This document shows positions 52,591 to 64,000 of a DNA stretch of 64,000 nt, one piece after another. The position numbers and the translations under genes are program-made. Source of the DNA: Daphnia carinata (lineage: Eukaryota); NCBI RefSeq assembly GCF_022539665.2, contig NC_081333.1:8122001-8186000 (forward strand), in the 5' to 3' direction. The notes beneath the pieces were generated by a model. It was given only the letters and a program-made list of their open reading frames with translations, was not told the DNA's origin and ran no database searches. Numbering within the stretch: the first letter of the stretch is position 1; every line of letters begins with the position of its first letter.

Positions 52591-55500
52591 TCGGACTCGT
52601 TCAATTCATGACAATTCACAGGCACTTGTCACTCTTTTTCCTCACTGTTTAAAGTAATTCTTTTTGTGCAGTTGCAGCCAAAATTCTCGAATGAAGCACA
52701 CAGACACACAAAGAAACGAAAACAGCCAAAAATAAAATCAGAACAACGTTCATAGCGCAGAGAAATGTCTTTCTGTTTCACGTTTCAACGTCGTGTTGTA
52801 AAAAAAAAAAAAAAAAACCAAAAATGTTCAGAATAATTGTTGGTCTTGAATTCTTTAAAAAAAAAAAATGTCGTGCTTGGCCAGCTGCTCGCCAGACCTT
52901 GCGCTACCTTCGCTGGTCCAACGGTGAATACCCGCGTAAAGTTCAGCCAGGCAGGAATACTCCACTAAAAGCGTTGCTGTGCTCTGGCTGCTTCCACACA
53001 GCAAGGAACGATGCGGCTTTAGGCGAACGCCCTCTCTGGGCCAGTCCCAATTGAGTTGGGTGGTGGGCAGCCCCCCCTCCACTACCCTCCTCCATGAAAA
53101 AAAAGAACCTTGTTGTGTGGCTTGACGGTGGCCCACCTTCTTTTCGCCTCCCCCTTTTGATTTTTCTGATTTTCTTTTTTTAAATGAGAACTTGTTGTCT
53201 CTCTCGATGTTGTCCTCACTCTTTTTTCGTATTAAAATTTTAATTTCCTTTTTTTTTTTAAGTGTAGTTATCAACCGAAGCAGTTCCTAGTAGTTGACGT
53301 TGGCGACCTATTAACATTTTTTTTGTCAGTGTAAACACGACCGTTGAGTTTTCCATGTTGAAAAGGGGAAAACAGTCAAACGAAACGTCGTTTACGACGC
53401 AGTAGATTGACCTTTGTGTCGTTTGGAAATATTTAAATTCGGTGCATCTGTTTTTTTTTTTTGGGGGGGGGGGGGGGCTTTCTCACTATCGTTATTTATT
53501 TTTATTTTTTTTATTTTTTACCTGACCGAAGAACAAAACAAAATGTCGATGAATTTGTTTTTTTCTTTTTGAGTTTTCGCGTTTTGGTGTGGTCATTGAT
53601 CAAGTTCAAACGAGTCCGTCTGCAATCGAGAAGAATGCTGAACCGATGGGAGGAGCTTACACGGTTGCCAGGAAGTGCGAGAGGTGTTTGTAAGTAGGTG
53701 GAGTTACGTGTCGGTCTGAATATCAGCGCTTTTTTTCCCGTGTACATTTTGTTTTATTCTTCCCATACTTTTAGCCAACTCTAATGTAGTTTCATCACGT
53801 TACCAAATCCTGAAATAAAATGTAATCACAATAAATATGAATTTAAATATACGTTTCGGACAAACATCTGCGTCGCACGTAAATGGACTTTCCAGCAGCC
53901 CTCCCAACAACATCAGGGGGAAATGTTTTGAGGAAAACACATGAACAAAGTGAAATCAAGTAATCAACAACAAAAAATAGTCAAAAACGGAAGAGGGCGG
54001 TGCTTATCTCTTATCCGTAGTACGCACACATGCAGCAGACCACTAGAGAGGAAAGAAAAATTGTTCTTTCAACGGTATAATCAAAACGTATGGCTCCTCA
54101 TTTTGTTGAGACAACCACTCATGTGGAATTCCAAATTTTTTTCGATATGATCATTTGAAAATAAATAATGCGTAATCACGGTCAAAGTTCGTGTGTGACT
54201 CATTTTGACCCCTATCTCAGGTTCTCTTTGCGCGCACAATGATGCGATAAGAAAGATGATGAGTCAACACTTACCTTGGAAACAATTCCTCTGAAGACTT
54301 TAACTATGTATTGACATACACGTATTTGACCTTGTCTTTCAACTTTATTTATTTTATTTTTTTTATTTTTTTTTATCTATTTCGTTAGGTTTTTGGCGGG
54401 TTTTTTTCTCTCTCTCTCTTCAAAAATCACGTCGGCAAGAAAAAAAACAAAACAAATGACCCCGTATCGTTATTGACGATGTTTTACGTTTCGCTGTCGT
54501 TTATTCTTGTATGCAGAGGTTTGCGAACCTTTTGGCTATCAGTTAAAAAGACGTCCATTTGCTTCGGCGAACAGGTAGAACACGTCACCGAGCCCTCCCT
54601 CCCCAAAGGTTCTCTATACAAGATGAAGGTTTTTTTTCTTCTATATTTTGACAAGATTATTTACCTTTGAACAAAAGGGCAGGGGTAGAACAAAAATATA
54701 AAAGGGTTCTCTTTTTTTTTTCTTGTTGTGAAAGGAAGGGGGAGTATCCACCTGGGTCCTTTGCTATCACGTTGTCGATAAGGTTTTTATTATTTTTTTC
54801 CTCGTTTTTCACACACAGAGAGAAGCGCGAGAAGAAGAAACTTCAAAAGTAAAGAGTGCGAAAGGTCTACTTTCCCCCTCAACCGTTTTAAACTGCTAAC
54901 TGCAAACAGCTGTTGAATAGGCAATCAACGCCATCTTGGCCTTTCACGCAAGATAGCAGCGTGCATTGTCTTGGCGCTATTCAGTGTATCGCTAATCACA
55001 AGCCCAGGTGAATAGGTTCGAATCATTTTCCCCTTGCAAATAAAAAGCGGGCGAACACTTTGTGTGTTCGTGTCGTCGAACAATTCCACTAGGCACGATT
55101 TATCGTCTCCCCCCTTTCTTTCTTTTTTTTTTATACACAACTGCTGTACTGTCAGTTGCCGAAGCCCCGACACCTCTTTTGTTATGCTAATTGAGGATAG
55201 AAAAAGAAGGAGAGAAAGAGTGACGCACGGAAATGACTCGACTGCTACTGATGTATACTGCATGTGCTGCCGCTGATCAATACAATACAAAGTGGAAATG
55301 ATTCCACCATTCACTTCATATAATTTGTCAAAATCCAGTTAACCACCCGCAGAGGCTCCGCTCTATATCCAGTTTGAAACAGAATAATTCCATTTAAAAT
55401 TAAATCTGCACCAATTCTCTTTTGATTCGAATTTTTATTGTGAAAGATTCATTGCTATGGTGTGCATAACGTCACGTTTGACGTTGTCGTTTTACGTAAA

Positions 55501-58500
55501 TGATGAAATCATCAACAAAAAAACCTGGAAGTTTGACCGCACTTCCGTGAAACGCTTCCGCACATCTTGCGGTCGATACGGGGTTTACTTCGTTTTTTAA
55601 CCTGTGCAACCGTATCGCATTTGTTTTTTTTTTCGAAAATTGATCGCGTACACAAGGTCAATTTGGGCTAAAAAGTTAGGCCGACGAGTCGCAATCTCTT
55701 TATGTAAAACTCCATGCCCCAAAAGCGGATGCAAATGGAGCTGATTTTCCTCAACAGATAAAATGGATGTCTCTGGGTTTCAACGCGACTCTCTCCACCA
55801 GCCAGCGCTACTTACTCGCCGTAATAAGGAGTTGGCTTTTGCATTTAAAAAAGGGGGGAAAAAAGAAAAACGTAACTCTACCAAGTTTCTCTAGTGATGC
55901 TAATCTCAGCGTTCGGAGGAGGGTCATAATCCTCACCGTACACACACACGCGCTCTATTGCAGGAGACTCATCACCGTTCTATTCATCTTTGCCCTTCTT
56001 CCGTTGCGTACACACACGGCCACATAAGACGATATATAGAGCTCTACGAGTGCTCTCTCTTTTTTTTTTCAGACAGATATATACAAACTAGTGGGATACG
56101 TATGAACGATGTACGAAGAGAGAAGGGGAGGACGTACACGTGGCTGCTATGAAACGGTAGGACGAGCGCAGGCGTCGCCGCTAACCCAACTATGCGGATC
56201 ACTTTTTATGATTTATTTCAGCCTTTTTCGATGTGCGTATGTGTCGACCATCACAATATAAATAGTCATCTAAGCTTCATAGGAGTAAAAAAGGGGGGCG
56301 TTGGAAGTTTCGAAAGGAAATGACCCTGTCCGTTTGTTTTTAGTCGAAAGGAAAAAACGTCTTCTCCGACATGCGTTTCATTTCCATCCAATTAAAGACC
56401 CAAAGACAATCAAAAAGAGACAGACAAAAGAAGCAATTTACTTTCTGGCTTTTGTCGTTGTACACAGGTATGTGCTTGCACTTCGCCATTGCACCCGATG
56501 ATTTCTGCATGGTTGGTTTGTTATTCCCTCCGCCCCTTGATGTTGGAAACAAATTGTGTGTCGGTCCGCTTTTCGGATGATCGCTGGCAGCGCGTGCGCG
56601 CAAGCGTCGGTTTTTCTTTACTATAACAACAACAGAACACACACACACACACACAGAAAAAAAAAACGGGGGAATGGGATCGAGGGAATGGGGGGTCGTT
56701 GTGGAATGAATAGAAAAATAGGAGCCAGACTCTCCCCCTCTCCTGTACCGCCGATGAAACTCCCGTCGATGTCGGACGTGATCGACTGTGCAAACGTTTG
56801 TCAAAGCTTAAACAAGCCGACGCCGCTCTAACCCGTCGACCTTCCCTCCTCTGTGTGTAAAGAGAAAGAAAGAAAAAAAGCTATGAGCGCGGGCGACGCG
56901 CCATTGTCCGTGTTCACCGGCCCAGGTTTTAGGTGTACATAGAGGAGAAATCTCTCTCTCCCCCATCCGCCACCGCATTACCACCTCCTCTTTTTTAACG
57001 TCCCTTTTCTGTTCCATGACTGGTTCCCTTCTTCTGCAGCAGCTTTCCTCTCGATCTCCATCTCTTTAGTAGTATTAGCTTCTTTTTTTTTTCAGGAAGA
57101 GAGAGGGGGGGAGAAGCTTCCCATAAAAGCCGGTAGCCGGAATAAATCTGAGCTTCTACCGGTTCCTGCATTTTACTGTTGTTACCCAATACGTTACTTC
57201 TATTACCTTTGACATCACACAGCACAGAGATTGTTCTTTTATCATTCGTTGCCATCAGCTGTTATTCGATCGAATTTTTTGTTTGTTTGTTTAAGAACAC
57301 ACAGGTTACGCATTTTCGCCATAACAGTTCCAAATATGTTGACAATATAGAGATGTTACGACGTGTAAAGGTAGCCGAGTCCATCTTGTCTAGGTAGTAC
57401 TGCCTCTATGTGGATAAGTGTTACGTAGTTACGTGGGGTTTTTTTATTACATGGATCAATGGCAAAAACAGGCAAAAGCTATATTTTTGTTGTGCCTGTG
57501 TGCCGTCGTATATATAAAAATGGCGACATGATGGCCATATAAGAATTGAACCTACCCCGGAGTCTGGGTTTATCCGAGCCAAACACGCACAAAAGGGACA
57601 GTATGTGTTACTTTGTATAGGTACATAAACGGCGGTGCTGCGACGCGCTGATATTATGGTACACATAAAACGGTAGTGTATTACGATTTAATACGTGCCG
57701 ATGTTATTTGCCCAGCATCCACAGTGTGGAAGGTGTTGTGACGCTGTTATGTGCACGTCTGTATGGCTGACATTGATTACGTCTAATCCGGCTGAATGGC
57801 AATCGGTCGGTTGGGTTCTTATTGTTCAGACTCTACACCGCAAACACATAAACAGATGGCTCTATATTTTATTACTCAAATTTTTTTTTATTATTATTAT
57901 TTTTTGAATTTAATAACGTGACAGGATCAAACAAGGACATTAAACGAGGTGTGTGGATTAATCGAATCATTTCGTTTTTGCGGGGTGGAAATTTAATGGA
58001 CTTATTTTGTAATATTTTGGGTAAGAGTCAAATCTTCTTTGTTTGTAAGTGGAGGAATTGTCTCTGGATGGAGGGAGGAAAAAAAAAAGGCCAGTTAGAT
58101 GTACGCGTGTAGGAGGGGGAAATAAAAACTCGGACCGGTAATGGCCGTTGTCGGAACTATCGGAACTGATATATCTGGCCGAAAAAAAAAAGGAAAGAGA
58201 AGGGGGAATACAGAGATGGACGATGAAAATCGACAACTATAGAGGAATAAAAAGCAGTTGTGTGTGGAGGAGAGCGATAGAAAAATATATATATATATAT
58301 ATAAGAGGTGAGTTATGGCTTTTTCTAGTCTATAGCCGTGGCTGCATAAAGTCCTTTTCCTGGTGGGAATGGTCCAGCACCCCGGACGAAGATAACACAC
58401 CCGGCCAGCAAGTACAACAGCCAGCATTTATACACAATCTCTTATTATTATTATTATTCCCTATTTTTTTTTCTTTCCTTTTTTTACTATATGGTTAGAT

Positions 58501-61500
58501 TGCTAATACAATCTATGGTCCAATATCCGGGGGTATGGATGATGAACCTTTTTTTTATTTTATTTTCAAATTGCCTTTTGAAAATCCTTTTTTTTTTTTA
58601 GTCCGTTTCATCTTGCTTCTTATATAAAACCAATCGATCTGTTTTGCACCACATATTTGTAATACGTATCGATGCAACGAGCAGAAAGAAAAACAATAGC
58701 TATCGATTTTATTAAGAGGCGGGCAAGGTAAAGCTGATGATGATTTACATCGGGAAACAATCATTCCGCATAGCCTACAGCTCTACCTCTATACCCTTTG
58801 TCAAGTTCTACCGTCTTTTTGTTTTTTTTTACGCGACAAAACAGAGTCGTTAACTCGGTTTACACAATCCCCTGTTTGTTTAAGACACGGACGTCATCAT
58901 CATCAGTCGTCGGGCCAGGCTAGCAAAAGTTATTAAAACTTTTTTAACGAAGCTTTTCTTTAAAAAACAAGCTTATTTTTTATTTCGTTCACATGATTAA
59001 CAATCTGCCAAACGGCATTGCATATTTACAAATTAAAAACAAATTTGCCTAATGGACATAGAGTAAAAAAAATTAACGATTATCGTTGCGATCCACGTTT
59101 TGAAAAAAAGAAAGAGAGCGCTATATAACAGCATCGATAATATCGACGCTCCCATGTCTAATCGCGCGCTGAATTTGAATCCCATGAAAAATCTGGGGAC
59201 GTCAGCATGTGCAACGTCGGCGGACGCGTGCTGGTTCCTTCCTTCCCGATAGAGGTACAGTTTTGCGGAGGGTGGCGTGTGTGCACCTTTTCAGCCGCCA
59301 CCCTCACGCGCGTCTATAAAAATATGGAAGAGGAGGAGGGTGACTGCATCCCAGCAGCAAATCCATTGAAGCGAAAAGCCATTTCTACTCCCCTTCGTCG
59401 TCGTCGTCGTCGCACGCGCCAAAGCCAAAATAAAAAAAAATCTTTTTTTTTCTAATATTATGTGACCACCCTCCTCGATTGCGACTCCCCCTACTGCTGG
59501 CCTCTTTTAATACATTCAGTTCTCTCCTTTTTTTTTGTTGCCCTTCACTTAATGCGTTACCTTTTTCTTTGTGTGCTCCAATATTCCACGGCCCCGGCAG
59601 CAGCATCGCACCAGTGTTTTTCTCCCTTTTCCTTTCAGCTTTCATCTCGTTTCTTTTTGCTTTTTTTTTTTTCTATCGTGACATGCCGGGCCAAAAAGAA
59701 AAAGGGATGGATGGGAAATGATGGAAGAGATTGGGTGGATATAGCCCAAAGGAGAAAATGAAAGGCTAGACATGTGTGTGCTTATAGAGGTGGGTTTCGG
59801 GTGGTAGGGACCTCAATTGGTGTTTACCTTGGCCAAAGGCCCAGGTTCTCTATAGACAACCTCTGTTCCAGTTCTTTTTTTTCCTACTGCGTTCTTTCTT
59901 TTTTTTTTCTTCCATGTTTTGGACGTGCGCGCAGTCTTGACATGTCAACGTCACTGACGCAATCGCCAGAAAAGCTCTTTTTTTTTTTCCTTCGTCTTCT
60001 CTGAAAAAAAGTTTCAGCAAAAAGCAAAGTTTTCAACTGAAAAAATAAATGCGAGACGTTTTGAAATCGAATTGACGCAATCGTTGGCCAACCTTTAATC
60101 CTTTTTATCTGTTTGTACTTGCTCGTTCAATTCACAGATCAATAATTTGCCTCAATTATTATACGCCCCTCCTCATCGCATTGCAGATCGCATAGTTTAT
60201 ACATTAAACAATGCATATTTCCAATGACGAAGATTTACACACACACACAAAAAGGGAAAGAAGACGACGCATGACTGGTCAGAATCGATGGGCAACGTGT
60301 CATCGAATTTTGGTCACGAGACATGAGGTGATCGGTGCGGTCAGTCATGATACCAAAGAGCTTGGCGGCAATTGATAACGCGCACAGACTCGATATCTGC
60401 CCAATTCTCGGGTTATATAAACCCCTTTTCGTCAGAAAAAAAAAATGTCTGTTGGCCTTTTGGAAATGTCACTCTTTCATCATCGTTTTCATTTTCCTTG
60501 CCTCTCGTATGTATATTCAAAAAAAAAAAGAAAGACAAATATACACGGATGGGAGGCACTGATAGTTATTAAAGTTGACTGGGCAAAACTCGACCGGCCA
60601 AAATATTGAGGGCAGCATCTCGTACATCAATCGGCAATAATTTATTATTATTTTTTTTAATTCTCTGTCAGGAAATGAATACGTGCGCGTCTGAATTTCA
60701 TCACGTGTGCGTAGCGTGCGCGTGACCTCTTCAGTTTGACCCGCGACTTTAACTGCTTGCTATAAATATTTTAGACGGACAATTCTGCTGAAGGCGTTCG
60801 GACCTATTTTTTTTTTCGTGTTCACGAATCAATTCTCGACTCGTTTGCTTTGATATTTTTCTAAAAAACAAGAAACTGGCACCTAATAAACTTGTGTGTA
60901 TGTATACGTTTTATGGGTTGTAATCACGCGTGAGCGTCAACGACATGCGACTCATCGTTGCGTCTCTTCTCTTTCCCGATTTGATTGACATGCTAACAAA
61001 CTCCTAAAATATTCAACAACAACAACAACAACGAAAAAAAAAAAAGGGCAGCCATGTGGATTGCGATGTTGGTTCAAGATGCTTCGCATTGACCTTCATT
61101 TCATCGTTGAAAGTCCCGTGAAACAACAAATATCGGCCGTCTTTTTGATTTCATAGAATCCCGTTGATTAAACGAATCTACTTTAAATATGTCACATCAT
61201 CACTTTTATTAAAAAGAATCTTTTTTTTTTCTTCTTCTTCTTCTCATGATGGAAAAAGAAAAAAAGAGGAGGTTCGGTATTATTACAGGAACGTCGTCAC
61301 GACCAGTGGCCCCCAGAGGCACACAACACACCGTTTCCCTTTGGTGTTGGAGTTGCGCCAGGTTCACATTGATCGCGATCCTCCCCCGGTGCTTTTGCTA
61401 GTAAGCCATTGATGTAGGCGTGTCTTTTTTTTTTCTCATATACCTCCATCCTTTTTTTTTTTTTTTTTTTTTTACTTTGCCCACCTTTTCTTTCCTTTTT

Positions 61501-64000
61501 GTGTGTCTGAATATGATTACGAGTTCGTTTTTCTGTACCCCCAAGTGCTTCCCTCTATATCCAGCAAGCTCCTTGTTGTCTGTGTAGACATTTCTCTATG
61601 ACGTTTCTTACAAACACCTTTTTACATTCGCTTAATAGAAATCTTCAATCTTCTCTCAGATTATTTTCATTGGGATCCTTCTTTTTTAAAGCCTTTCTTA
61701 TTTTTTTGTGACTGCAAATGATACGATTTCTTTTTGAAAAGGATCCCGCCCCAACCTTATCATGCACTATTCCTTTAGATTTTTTTCAAATTTTTATTAC
61801 AACTTTTTCGGATAGCGAACACATTTCAAAGCGCAAAGGTGTTAGTCTTTCATGTTGCTCTAGTTTTTTTTTTCTTCTCAGAAAACTGTTTTCATCTTAT
61901 TTAATTGGAAAAAAAAACGGGAGCCTTGTGTTACGTATTATGTCATTACAACAGAGGCTCAAATCAAAAGCATTGCAAATAGAAAAAAAAAGAGAGCGAT
62001 ATCTTAGCAGAAAAAGTGACATCGTTTAAAGTGAAGCTGCTTGCTATTATAACTAAGGTGTTTTTTTTTTCTTTCTTGTAGACGTAAAACTCGCTTACGT
62101 AGACACACACTTTGATGTGTGCTGATGCTCCTGGGTTGTGCTGAGTCGATCGACGAAGACTTGTGCTGAATCGGCGATGCCCAGCCACCGCCTTTCATTC
62201 CTCGCTCCTTTTCAAACTGTACTCTAGACATACATAATAATACAAGGAGATGGCATATTGACCTGGACCAGCTAAATAAACAGAGCCCCCCCCCCCTCCA
62301 AAAAAAAAAGGACATGGCGGAGGTAAAGATTATAAAACAATGACGCCCAGTTGCTCTCTTCCATCGGGGAATCGTTTGACCGTTTGATCCAACTTTTCAG
62401 TTAGGAAATTGGCTGGCAAGCAAAAGGTAAAAACTATGAAAGAAAATTGGATGAAAACATAAGAAAAATGGAAATGCTTGGCCTTTTTTTTTTTTTTTCA
62501 TTATAGGCCTTTCGTAATCCGTACCCAAAAGCCAAACAGCGTGACTTGATCTGAAACACATTTATTTGAACATTGGTCTCTCTTCTCCCGAACGACTCCC
62601 GATCCTGTCAACAGATCACGACTCGCATCAGTTCCCCCACTGACATCCAAAAATGAACGTGATTTGATGACGTAACAATGAAAGAGTAATATTCATTTTT
62701 CAAGAAAAATACGTTTTCAATATTCCGGCCGGAATGGATACGTGTCATCTGTGGTCTGAAAAATGATTTCCCCCCTTTTTTTTTCTTTTTTAAATGGGAC
62801 GCTACATAGGTGTACGTGTGCGCAAACATAAAAGCGGAACGTCAGTTGCAGACTTTTCGTCCTCCCCCTCCACTGCCTACAATTTTCATCCGACGCAAAT
62901 CTCCCTCAAGCGTCTAGTCCAATACTCATCAGCATCTCAATCACAATCTATATGGGCATGAGTGTACGTAAGAGACGAGGGTGAGCTTCTCCCTCCATCT
63001 GCACTATTCAGAATTGTTGCCAACTATTGTATACAGTCCCTGCTGTTTCTGTACAATCTCAACCCTACACACAGTTTCGGGGGGGGGAGTAGTCACCTAC
63101 ACTCAGAGAAGCCATCCTGTTTTTTTTTTTGTACTGTAGTTCTAGCCTAGCAGACGAGAGTGTTTTTTTATTTATATTCATTTTTTTTTGTCCTTTTATT
63201 ATTACGGAACGAATGAAGCGCAAGCGTCGATGGCGTGTCACCCATTACTCAAGTGTGTGGCCACAACAAGCGCTCCCTCTCTCTTCTTTTCCTTGTCTAC
63301 AGTCAGAGAATAAGTCTAGGCTGTTAGCCTTGTGTACAGTTAACCAAATGTTCACTCACCCCATTTATAAATGATGGAGATTGAAAGTGTCTATGTGCGT
63401 ACGAGGGGAAGATTGTCTACATGTAAGATATATATATATAATAGTAGAAGGGAGAGAGCAACAGTAGCCATCCCTCAGGTAATAGGACAGCCCCCCATCG
63501 GACCTATAAATGTAAACCTAACACACATGTTCACATCTGGACACCTCAAGCCCACCCTCCCCCAGAAACCTTTTTTTTTTTCAGTTCTCGATTTCCATGT
63601 GGGTAGGTTCTTGTTAACGGGGTGTACACAACTCTATAAGGAAAAGAGGTACACCTTACTATGAGAAACCTATGAAAAAAAAAAATAGACAAGATGAGAG
63701 GAAAAAAAAAAAACCTTTTAGAGGCCGGTAAACACCCGATATCTTTTACAGAGGGGGGGACATGCGGCACCCCCCACTGGAACGAAAAAAAAAATGTTCG
63801 TTTTTTTTTTCTCAGGTTCTACACGAAAAGAGGGAAAGGTCAGCTGTCGTTGGTGGCATTGATTTCCCAGGGTGGAGCTTCGTTCAATTTCAGATAGGAG
63901 CCCGTTAAAGAAGAGAGGAATGTATAAAAGAAAACGCGGGTGAACATTGGGATAGCGTCAATCTCGGATCAACCTGCCCGCGTGAAATGTTCTTATCTAC

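Overview
Eukaryotic genomic DNA. The compact 55-125 nt introns, abundant homopolymer runs and (GT)n/(CA)n microsatellites suggest a branchiopod crustacean such as Daphnia (inference). The window holds three genes. (1) An unidentified minus-strand gene: one clear coding exon at 1901-2107 and a probable non-coding first exon near 5613-5775. (2) A complete 9-exon serine hydroxymethyltransferase (SHMT, + strand, 7798-9809, 486 aa) with a mitochondrial-type presequence, a second in-frame ATG and a GC-AG intron. (3) A convergent ZEB-family zinc-finger/homeodomain gene (zfh1, minus strand). I reconstructed two zfh1 isoforms with alternative N-termini by hand: a 1059-aa form starting at 17306, and a ~1199-aa form using exons at 32905-32457 and 32295-32138 spliced across a 15-kb intron. 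The remaining 33-64 kb has no credible protein-coding sequence and looks like zfh1 intronic or upstream regulatory DNA. The most interesting leads are a pre-miRNA-like hairpin with a miR-92-family seed inside the zfh1 intron, a zfh1 3'UTR rich in miRNA seed matches but lacking the expected miR-8 site, a CtBP motif created across a splice junction, and a direct-repeat-flanked SHMT intron. I found no CRISPR array, rRNA, tRNA or recognisable transposon, and no convincing wholly new biological system.
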